Shown here in pieces: positions 9,365 through 17,453 of a DNA stretch of 64,000 nucleotides (position 1 is its first letter; each line of letters opens with the position of its first letter). This DNA is from Candidatus Altimarinota bacterium (GTDB lineage Bacteria; Patescibacteriota; Gracilibacteria; CAIRYL01). The position numbers were made by a program, and so were the translations under genes. The stretch is taken from positions 64,001-128,000 of the forward strand of contig OZ252287.1 of NCBI GenBank assembly GCA_965250085.1, read 5' to 3'. The notes under the pieces are model-generated. The model saw nothing but the letters and a program-made list of their open reading frames with translations, was not told where the DNA came from and did not search any database.

Positions 9365-10291
9365 TTATTTATGATACTTCTCATGCACATCCTTAAGGTG
9401 TTGATCGGTAAGGTGTGTATAGATTTGAGTTGTGGTGATAGATGAGTGTCCCAGCATCATTTGCACAGACCTGATATCAGCACCATTTTGGAGAAGAGTG
9501 GTAGCAAATGAATGCCTCAGCGTATGAGGTGTTGCTTTTTTTATAATCCCCGCAAGGCGCGCATATTTACGGACGATGTTTTCTATCACATTACGTGAAA
9601 GCCTGCGGTCATTCTCATCGATTCCAATGCTTTTTTCTGACTTCTTTGCATGAGAGATAAATGCTGCTTTGCAGTTATCATTGCGTGCCTTGAAGTACGT
9701 TTCAATTTTTTCCGCGGCTTTTTGGGTGAGAAATACAATGCGTACCTTTTGCCCTTTTCCACGAACACTAAATTCTTTTGTCTGTGTATTGATTGCTTCA
9801 CAATTGAGATTGCAGAGCTCTGAAACACGGAGACCGGTAGAATAGAGTGTTTCGAGTATTGCTGCATCACGTTTTCCGATAGAAGTGCTGTCATCTACCT
9901 GAGCAAAGATCTGACCTACTTCTTCTCGAGAGAGAAATTCAATATGTCTTTCTGGAATTTTTGGGAGTTCAATTTTTTCCGGTGAAAGCGTTTTGACATC
10001 TCGTTTGTGCAAAAATTTCAAAAAAGCTCTGAGAGCAATCAGATAATATGTCTGTGTTTTCACTGATATTCGTTCGCCAGATTTGGTTTTTTGCCTCGCT
10101 AAAAACAAACGATAGTCTTCGACATCCTGCAGAATGATTTTTTCCGGATTTTTATCCGCTCCATAAAACTCCTCAAATCGTTTGAGATACCTTTTGTAGT
10201 TCTGCAAAGTATGATCACTCTGATTTTTTCCTATCTCACAAAAAATGAGAAAGTCTTCTATCCATTGAGAAAGGGAAGTGCTTTGAGACAC
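9365..10291 (-). CDS. XerC/XerD-type tyrosine recombinase
   Basis: LYSTGLRVSEL, VRGKGQKVR, TPHTLRHSFAT, MLGHSSITTTQIYTH. Confidence 0.93.
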   Translation of the reverse strand: MSQSTSLSQWIEDFLIFCEIGKNQSDHTLQNYKRYLKRFEEFYGADKNPEKIILQDVEDYRLFLARQKTKSGERISVKTQTYYLIALRAFLKFLHKRDVKTLSPEKIELPKIPERHIEFLSREEVGQIFAQVDDSTSIGKRDAAILETLYSTGLRVSELCNLNCEAINTQTKEFSVRGKGQKVRIVFLTQKAAEKIETYFKARNDNCKAAFISHAKKSEKSIGIDENDRRLSRNVIENIVRKYARLAGIIKKATPHTLRHSFATTLLQNGADIRSVQMMLGHSSITTTQIYTHLTDQHLKDVHEKYHK

Positions 10292-10412
10292 GAATGGTGG
10301 GCAAGTTCAGCTTCATTGTAGGAGAGAACAGGAACTGTGCACAATACCAAGAAACTTGACAATCGCTATAAAAAACATAAAATAAATATCTATTTACTCT
10401 TTTTCTACTCCC

Positions 10413-10760
10413 ATGTCTGAAGTGTATCCAACAGAAGAGGCGGTAAAAAATCTAGAAATGCAGGTATTTGATTCCCTTGGGGATCTTTTTGAGGCGGTAA
10501 TCAGAGAAGGGTGTCTGAATATAGGGGTAGGAAATTTTGAGCTTTCTCATTCTGGAGGAAGAGGAGATGGAGATAATGAACTTCAAATTGACGGAACCTT
10601 ATTTGCCTACAAAGGTATAAATGAAAAATGGATTATTAGTTCCGAAGGATGGGAGGGAGTGGTGGATTACTCTCAACATGACTTTAAGCCAGAAGGCAAA
10701 AAAATAGAACCGTTGATTAAAAATGCGAGAAACAAAATACAAGCATTGCAAAGGCAATAA
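10413..10760 (+). CDS. Hypothetical protein (orphan)
   Basis: 115 aa ORF preceded by TTGACA (10356), 16 nt, TAAAAT. Confidence 0.7.
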   Translation: MSEVYPTEEAVKNLEMQVFDSLGDLFEAVIREGCLNIGVGNFELSHSGGRGDGDNELQIDGTLFAYKGINEKWIISSEGWEGVVDYSQHDFKPEGKKIEPLIKNARNKIQALQRQ

Positions 10761-10849
10761 GATCACATACTGAATGTATGAATCCAATGTTTCCCCTGTA
10801 GAAAAAATATAGGCCGAAGTACATGGATTGCAGTACAGAAAACTGCTAT

Positions 10850-11722
10850 TTATAATTTCACGTTTTCCACTTTTTTCATCTTTTTTCCCAGAAAAATTTC
10901 TCCCAGTTTTTGAAATTTCTCAGGGCAATCCGTGGTAAAGAATTGTAAATCCCCCCTAGCCCCCCTTTGCAAGGGGGAGGAGGAAGACGAGGATTGAGAG
11001 AGGGAGGAGCTAATTTTTGGATGATTTTTTAAGTATTCTGCAAACGCTTTTGCTTGAGATGCGCCAGAGTTGATGATCACACAATTTTTTCCCATTTTTC
11101 TTTCAAATTCTTTTTGAAGCAGGGGATAGTGAGTACAACCAAGAATTAGAGTATCCACATTTGCATGTTTCAAGGATATCAAATATTTCTTCAGGATACT
11201 GCGAGTTTCTGGTTTTTTGATCCATCCCTCTTCAACCAGTGGTACGAGAAGTGGAGCGGATACGGAAGTGAGGATCGGTTTTGTAAGTGCCTTTTTTTCC
11301 GTTGGCTTATAATGGGTTTTCCAGAGTTTTTGGAGTTCCTTTTCATAATTGCCCGTCTCTACAGTGCTTCGGGTTGCAATAAGACCAACACGTCCATATC
11401 GAGTTTTTTGGAGCGCTTCTTCCATGGCGGGAATGAGGGCTCCCAGGACTTTTTTTTGTGAGCCATATTTTGCCTGCAAGTTCCTCAGGGCATCAGCACT
11501 TGCCGTATTACACGCGAGGAGCACTATTTTTGCCCCTTTTGTAAAAAGGAACTCCACGCCCTGCTCGGTATACTCAGTTACTCGTTCTTGACCATGAATT
11601 CCATAGGGAGATCTCGCCTGATCTCCCAGAAAGAGAAAGTCTCTCTCTGGTATTATTTTGAGGAGTTCTTTGAGAGTTGTAAGGCCGCCAAATCCAGAGT
11701 CAAATATTCCAATCATAGTCAA
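10850..11722 (-). CDS. murI: Glutamate racemase
   Basis: IGIFDSGFGGLT, LACNTAS, LILGCTHYP. Confidence 0.96.
   Translation of the reverse strand: MTMIGIFDSGFGGLTTLKELLKIIPERDFLFLGDQARSPYGIHGQERVTEYTEQGVEFLFTKGAKIVLLACNTASADALRNLQAKYGSQKKVLGALIPAMEEALQKTRYGRVGLIATRSTVETGNYEKELQKLWKTHYKPTEKKALTKPILTSVSAPLLVPLVEEGWIKKPETRSILKKYLISLKHANVDTLILGCTHYPLLQKEFERKMGKNCVIINSGASQAKAFAEYLKNHPKISSSLSQSSSSSSPLQRGARGDLQFFTTDCPEKFQKLGEIFLGKKMKKVENVKL
10947..10979. repeat. Family A hairpin unit inserted in frame in murI
   Basis: aaatcccccctagcccccctttgcaagggggag; encodes SPLQRGARGDL after a poly-Ser linker. Confidence 0.8.
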
Positions 11723-11766
11723 TTACGAATAAACGTTTTTCATTTTGCATTTTTCATTTTGAATTA

Positions 11767-12606
11767 TCAAAGGTATTCAGCAAAGAAAACCTTTGCTAGG
11801 TTCTCCCAATCTTGAGTATTCAAATTTTGTGGTCTGAGATCTCCAGAGATACCAACACTTTCTAATATCTGATCTATTTCTTCACCAGGCATTTGAAATT
11901 TTCTACTGAGGACATTCCTGAGTTTCTTGCGAGGCTCTGCAAACCCTGCAAAGAGCATTTCTTCAAATATTTTTGCAGGAATATGTATCCTTGGGCGGAC
12001 ATACATTTCGATAAACAAGATAGCGGAATCTACTTTTGGTATCGGATAAAAACTGCTTGCGGGAACTTTTGACACTATTTGAGGGTCACCATACGCTTTT
12101 ATTATTTGCGAAAGCGCTGATTCCTTCCCTTTTTTGGCGCAGATCTTTTCTCCTACTTCTTTTTGCACAAGCAGTACAATGTGCCCAGGTCTGTGCTCTG
12201 TCTCCGTGAGGAATTTTCTCAGTATAGGAGAGGTAAGGTGATAGGGGATATTAGCGATGAGTTTATAGGGCTCATCAGGAGGATCAAAATCCAAGACATG
12301 CATTTGGTGGATTACAAGGTGTTTTTTAAAGCTCCGAGTTGCTTCTTTGAGCACTGGGAGAATCTCTGCATCTATCTCTACTGCTTCTACATTTGCTCCG
12401 GCTTCAAGCAGCGCTCTGCTCAGCACGCCGGGTCCAGGTCCGATTTCCACTATGTATTCTCCTTTTTGGATTTCAGCAATTTTCACAATGCGCTCCAAAA
12501 CACTTTTGTCTACTAGGAAATTTTGTCCCAGGCGCTTTTTTGCCCAGACATTATATTTTTTGAGCAAATTTTTGAGTGTTGGAAAATGAGTAAGATCCAC
12601 AAGCAA
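11767..12606 (-). CDS. rsmA: 16S rRNA dimethyladenosine transferase
   Basis: KRLGQNFL, EIGPGPG, ANIPYHLT, FYPIPKVDSA. Confidence 0.96.
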   Translation of the reverse strand: MLVDLTHFPTLKNLLKKYNVWAKKRLGQNFLVDKSVLERIVKIAEIQKGEYIVEIGPGPGVLSRALLEAGANVEAVEIDAEILPVLKEATRSFKKHLVIHQMHVLDFDPPDEPYKLIANIPYHLTSPILRKFLTETEHRPGHIVLLVQKEVGEKICAKKGKESALSQIIKAYGDPQIVSKVPASSFYPIPKVDSAILFIEMYVRPRIHIPAKIFEEMLFAGFAEPRKKLRNVLSRKFQMPGEEIDQILESVGISGDLRPQNLNTQDWENLAKVFFAEYL

Positions 12607-12683
12607 AGTTTTAAATTATGAATTATAAATTTTGAATTCCAAAATCCGAGGTTATACTATCAGTAATTCTGGTTTTTCAAAGA

Positions 12684-14033
12684 ATGAAAGTTTCAGAGCT
12701 TACTGGCAAAAACATACTTATTCTGGGCTTTGGTCAGGAGGGGAGAGCTACGTATGAGTTCCTTCACAAGTGTCTTCCGGGCGAGCTCTTCTCAGTTGCA
12801 GATAAAAACAAACACATAGAGGTTTCCGCGGAGGTTCAAAATTCACACCTTGGGGATACATATCTCGATCATCTGGAAGAGTACGATGTCATTATCAAAA
12901 CACCTGGAATTTCTCCTTTTGTTTCGCAGATTCAGACAGCGCTTCAGAAAGGAATACGATTCACAAGTGCAACAGAGATTTTTTTCTCTGAAGTAAAAGG
13001 GAGAGTCATCGGTATTACTGGCACGAAAGGAAAAAGCACCACGTCCGCACTCCTCTACGATATTCTCAGAACTGCTCAAAAAGATGCTCATCTTATCGGA
13101 AATATTGGATCTCCTGCATTGAGTTTTTTGAAAAATGACACTTCAGAAACAATTTATATTTTTGAGCTTTCGAGTTATCAACTCCAGAATTTGAGGGTTT
13201 CACCTCAGATTGGTATTTTCACCAGTTTTTTCCCGGCACATCTCACGTATCACAAAGATCTCAAGGAATATTTTGATTCCAAGATGAACCTTTTCGTCCA
13301 TATGAAAAAGACTGGTAAAGCCTTCTGGAACTCAAACTTTTCAGAAATAACAGATGCTTTTATCTCTCTCTCATGTCAAAAGTATCCATATAATGATGGG
13401 AAACAAACGACAGTTGTGCATGGAGATTTGGTCTATAAAGGACGAACAATTGTTCTCGAAAAAGAATTTCCACTTATCGGAAAGCATAATGCCGAGAATG
13501 CTCTTGGAGCCATTGCGGTTGCAAAAGAATTTGATATTTCTGATGAAGTTATTTCAGAGGCTGTTTCTGAATTCACACCTCTTGAACATCGGCTAGAGCC
13601 AGTGGGGGAGTATAAAGGTATTCGGTTTTACAATGATAGTCAGTCCTCTACACCGAGTTCTACTATTGCCGCTATTCAGGCATTTGGAAATAAAATTGAG
13701 ACTATTATTTTGGGTGGTCTCGACAATAAAGTGGGTTTTGAAAAACTTGGAGAAGTCATTGCAGACTCATCTCTTCAAAATCTTGTACTCTTTCCAGATA
13801 CAGGTAAAAAGATCTGGCAAGAAGTGAAAAAATCATGTGAAGCAAAAGGAAAAAATATTCCACAGCATATCTTTGTTCACAATATGAAAGAAGCGGTGTG
13901 GAAATGCTATGAAATAACGTCTGCAGGAAAAATATGCATCCTCTCTCCGGCGTGCCAGAGCTTTAATATGTTCTCAAGACTCGAAGAGAGAGGGAAACAA
14001 TTCAAAGAATTCGTAAAAGAACTGGGCAAATGA
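12684..14033 (+). CDS. murD: UDP-N-acetylmuramoyl-L-alanine--D-glutamate ligase
   Basis: TPGI, GITGTKGKSTT, GNIG, ELSSYQL, LEHRLE, YNDS, LSPACQSFNMF..EERG. Confidence 0.95.
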   Translation: MKVSELTGKNILILGFGQEGRATYEFLHKCLPGELFSVADKNKHIEVSAEVQNSHLGDTYLDHLEEYDVIIKTPGISPFVSQIQTALQKGIRFTSATEIFFSEVKGRVIGITGTKGKSTTSALLYDILRTAQKDAHLIGNIGSPALSFLKNDTSETIYIFELSSYQLQNLRVSPQIGIFTSFFPAHLTYHKDLKEYFDSKMNLFVHMKKTGKAFWNSNFSEITDAFISLSCQKYPYNDGKQTTVVHGDLVYKGRTIVLEKEFPLIGKHNAENALGAIAVAKEFDISDEVISEAVSEFTPLEHRLEPVGEYKGIRFYNDSQSSTPSSTIAAIQAFGNKIETIILGGLDNKVGFEKLGEVIADSSLQNLVLFPDTGKKIWQEVKKSCEAKGKNIPQHIFVHNMKEAVWKCYEITSAGKICILSPACQSFNMFSRLEERGKQFKEFVKELGK

Positions 14034-14743
14034 TCCCGAAAAATTTTCTTGATTCGGCTTATAGAGAACTCACAAATAATGAGTTAGAAAGCTTTCAAAA
14101 TTTGTATACAAATTTTGTTCAAAAAAATAAGATAATAAATCTTTCTGCTATTCGGGACGAACAGGGGATTTGGGAAAAACATTTTTATGATTCGCTCCTT
14201 GGAGCGGAATTTTTAGAAGATGCTGACGAAAAAATACTCGATCTTGGATCAGGTGGAGGATTTCCTGCATTGCCACTGGCTCTTATGTTCCCAGGCAAAC
14301 AATTTTTTCCATTCGATTCTGTTGAGAAAAAGATGAAAGCAGTGCAAGAAATAGTAAATACATCAAAGATAGACAATGTCACGCCTCTTATCGGTCGTGC
14401 AGAAGAGCTCGGTCAAGATGCTCTTCATCGGGAGCAGTATGATGTCGTGACAGTACGCGCCTTTGCTCCTTTTTCTGTATGCTTAGAGCTGGCTCTTCCA
14501 TTCGTCACTGTAGGAGGAAAAGTAATTCTCTATCGTGGTCCTGAAAATGAGCGAGATGCAAATTTGCTCGCAGGCGCTTTTGGAGCCATTATTAAAACTC
14601 AAAAAAAAGATCAATTACCGAGTAAGGATAAGCGAGAGATCTGGGAAATTATCAAAATAGCACCTACAGAAGATATGTTTCCTCGAGCAAATGGCATTCC
14701 TAAAAAAGAACCAATGACATTGAAGAGCATGAATTACGAATGA
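14030..14743 (+). CDS. rsmG: 16S rRNA m7G527 methyltransferase
   Basis: NLSAI, KHFYDSL, DLGSGGGFP, GRAEE, VRA. Confidence 0.94.
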   Translation: MIPKNFLDSAYRELTNNELESFQNLYTNFVQKNKIINLSAIRDEQGIWEKHFYDSLLGAEFLEDADEKILDLGSGGGFPALPLALMFPGKQFFPFDSVEKKMKAVQEIVNTSKIDNVTPLIGRAEELGQDALHREQYDVVTVRAFAPFSVCLELALPFVTVGGKVILYRGPENERDANLLAGAFGAIIKTQKKDQLPSKDKREIWEIIKIAPTEDMFPRANGIPKKEPMTLKSMNYE

Positions 14744-14808
14744 TCGATTACCAATTATGAATAAAAAATTCTTTATAAACTTTATAACTTTTTACTTTTA
14801 ACTCGTCT

Positions 14809-15426
14809 GTGCCAAAAGCATTTTCTCCACAGGACCATTATTTTCACCTCGCGAAAAAGAGAAAATTGCGCGCACGCTCTGCATTCAAACTTGAAGAAAT
14901 ACTAAAAAAATACCCGCACCTACTCCCGAAACATGGACGGATTTTGGACCTAGGATCTGCTCCTGGAAGTTTTTTGCAGATTTTGCAAGAACACGCATCT
15001 CCTCGCTCGTTAGTGATAGGTGTTGATCTTCAAAAGATAGAAAAATTTTCAAATTTTCAGCACTCGTTCCACTTGATTCAAGGAGATGTTTTTTCCAAGA
15101 AAGTCTCAGATAAAATCCAGGATATTCTCAAAGAAGAAAAAATTGACCTTATTACCGCAGATCTTGCTCCAAAAACATCTGGCATTAAAGATATAGACCA
15201 ATGGAAAAGTGTGGAACTCAATCAGCAAGTGTTCCAAATATGTAAGAAATTTCTTACACTAGGAGGCAATCTTATTACCAAAATTTTTGTCGGTGAAGAT
15301 TTTCAAGAATTTTGGAAGGATGAGTTCCAGTTGCTGTTTCAAAAATCGAAAATACACAAGCCAAAAGCATGTCGTGACAGGAGTTTTGAAACCTATCTGA
15401 TTGGAGAGAAATTTTTGAAACAATAG
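14809..15426 (+). CDS. rlmE: 23S rRNA Um2552 methyltransferase (FtsJ/RlmE)
   Basis: RARSAFKLEEI, DLGSAPGS, DLAPKTSG, KP.A.R..S.E.Y. Confidence 0.92.
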   Translation: MPKAFSPQDHYFHLAKKRKLRARSAFKLEEILKKYPHLLPKHGRILDLGSAPGSFLQILQEHASPRSLVIGVDLQKIEKFSNFQHSFHLIQGDVFSKKVSDKIQDILKEEKIDLITADLAPKTSGIKDIDQWKSVELNQQVFQICKKFLTLGGNLITKIFVGEDFQEFWKDEFQLLFQKSKIHKPKACRDRSFETYLIGEKFLKQ

Positions 15427-15560
15427 TCAACAGTCAGTGGTCAGCTATCAGCACTTGGTGTCTTATTTTCATGGTCTATGTTCCATGGCTGTTCCTGCTT
15501 GAAAAAAACTACAAAAAATGATACAATACTTAGATTTTTAAAAATTTAAATACATACAAA

Positions 15561-17408
15561 ATGTCATTTGTTCACAAGAAAACTGCATCGGCAGTTGCCA
15601 AGACAAATCCTCTTATAGGGCTTCTTGTATTGAGCACGCTCCTTCTCATGGGAGGTTTGTACCTTTTCCTTGCTGGAAATGATAGCACTTTTTCACCAGT
15701 TCAAGCACAGAGTGGCACCTGCAGTTATGATGCAGTACTAGAAGTAGTAGGGGGAGGAGATCCTATGGATATAGAGAAAGGAGAGATGCTAGAATTTGTG
15801 TCCTCAATACAGAACGAGAGTTCTGATTGTAATGAGAGTGATCAAGGCAATAGCGAGACATATCGGAAGCTAGAAGTAGATGCCGATGGGAATGGAGAAT
15901 ATGAATACACAAGTGACTGGACATCATGTTCGAGTACCACCTGTAAGACAGACAGACATCCGCCAAGATTCACCTATAGCAAAGCAGGACAATATATAGC
16001 GAGAACAAGAATTACTTGGAGAGAAAACCCGAATGGGACAGTAATAGAAGAAGACACTGTTACCATAAACGTAAAAGCCCCACCAGTAATCATAGATCCT
16101 GCATGTAACCTGAATGATCCTGATGGAGCAGGAGACAAGTTTATTCTTGTAAACTTCCAGCCATTCTATCAAGGAGGGAAGAAGATATTTGGGAATTATG
16201 GACCTGCAGATGCAGTTATGGGACCTGTGGGAGTGAATGTTCCCTCAGGAGTGTATAAGATAGAAGCGACCTCATTTGATGACCATAGCCAACAGACGAG
16301 TGATAAAGTCACAAGCCAACAGAGAGAACAATGGGTACTGAGATTCCAGAATGGAGGAGGATCAGTGCTGGCCCAGACGAGAGCGACAAATGATGTACCG
16401 AACAACGCAGACCAGATAAGCCATGTACTGGAGACAGGTTTTGTGATACCAGCGAATGTAAGCAAAGTAGATGCGTATCATGCAGCCTATCCGGGAGCAT
16501 CTACACCAGAGAGTGTTGCACCGGTATGTGCTCTCCTGGAAAATGTGACACCACTGCCAACCTGTAATTTAACATCAACACCAAGTGTTATTAACGCTGG
16601 AGATTCAGCAACCCTCACTTGGACAACAACAAATGCAACTTCTGCTTCAATTGACCCAGGAGTTGGAGTTGTTACCCCCGTAGAAAGCGGTTCGGTCGTT
16701 GTTTCTCCTGTATCTACTATCACATACACTATGACAGTAGACGGGAGCGGAGGACAGAGTATGTGTACAACTACAGTAACAGTAGAAGATACACCACCAC
16801 CAACCTGTAATTTAACATCAACACCAAGTGTTATTAACGCTGGAGATTCAGCAACCCTCACTTGGACAACAACAAATGCAACTTCTGTTTCAATCGATCC
16901 AGGAGTTGGAGCTGTTACTCCTGTAGCTGGTGGCTCAGTCATTGTTTCTCCTTCATCTACTACCACCTATACTATGACAGTAGACGGGAGTGGAGGGCAG
17001 AAGAGTATGTGTACGACTACAGTAACAGTAGAAACTATTGTTCCAGCCAATTTTACCCTCGACAAATCAGCAGACAAGACAGTACTCATTCCTGGTGATA
17101 CCGTTGTTTACACCGTAATAGTAAAAAACACAGGAGGGACAGCTCAAACAGTTCGCCTGACAGATACCATGGCATCTGGCACTGCTGGAGGCAGTATGGG
17201 ACCTATATTTGATGAAAATATTAGTTTTGCTGGTGGGACTTGTACTCCTAGTGGAAGCCTTGCAGTTGATGGAATTGTTTTTCCTGACTTTCCCCCTGGA
17301 GGAGTGGCAACTGTAACGTACAAGCGAACGGTAGACGCCACTGGAGTTGTTTTTGATGCTCCATCTTCGTTTACAAACACTGCAAAACTCTATACATGTA
17401 CTGAATAA
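15561..17408 (+). CDS. Secreted Ig-like surface protein (PKD-like, tandem Ig-like repeats, truncated C-terminal DUF11 domain)
   Basis: N-terminal TM/signal; two 81-aa repeats; LDKSADK...GDTVVYTVIVKNTG...TNTAKL; no C-terminal anchor. Confidence 0.8.
   Translation: MSFVHKKTASAVAKTNPLIGLLVLSTLLLMGGLYLFLAGNDSTFSPVQAQSGTCSYDAVLEVVGGGDPMDIEKGEMLEFVSSIQNESSDCNESDQGNSETYRKLEVDADGNGEYEYTSDWTSCSSTTCKTDRHPPRFTYSKAGQYIARTRITWRENPNGTVIEEDTVTINVKAPPVIIDPACNLNDPDGAGDKFILVNFQPFYQGGKKIFGNYGPADAVMGPVGVNVPSGVYKIEATSFDDHSQQTSDKVTSQQREQWVLRFQNGGGSVLAQTRATNDVPNNADQISHVLETGFVIPANVSKVDAYHAAYPGASTPESVAPVCALLENVTPLPTCNLTSTPSVINAGDSATLTWTTTNATSASIDPGVGVVTPVESGSVVVSPVSTITYTMTVDGSGGQSMCTTTVTVEDTPPPTCNLTSTPSVINAGDSATLTWTTTNATSVSIDPGVGAVTPVAGGSVIVSPSSTTTYTMTVDGSGGQKSMCTTTVTVETIVPANFTLDKSADKTVLIPGDTVVYTVIVKNTGGTAQTVRLTDTMASGTAGGSMGPIFDENISFAGGTCTPSGSLAVDGIVFPDFPPGGVATVTYKRTVDATGVVFDAPSSFTNTAKLYTCTE
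16557..17033 (+). repeat. 243-bp intragenic tandem duplication
   Basis: Units start at 16557 and 16800 (PTCNLTSTPSVINAGDSATLTWTTTNATS...MCTTTVTVE). Confidence 0.9.
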
Positions 17409-17453
17409 TTTTTTGAATGTCTTTCTTCTTGAAACCTTTCATATATAAATACA

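Noticed and set aside
9365-10291. Prophage or integron integrase
   Set aside because: It looks like a housekeeping Xer recombinase; no phage genes, attC array or integron-specific insertion is evident.
16557-17033. DGR template/variable repeat pair
   Set aside because: It is an in-frame tandem domain duplication; differences are not adenine-specific and no reverse transcriptase is present.
17409-17453. Stop-codon readthrough or intron joining the two DUF11 genes
   Set aside because: There are two in-frame stops in the gap, and the second gene has its own start and TM/signal segment.
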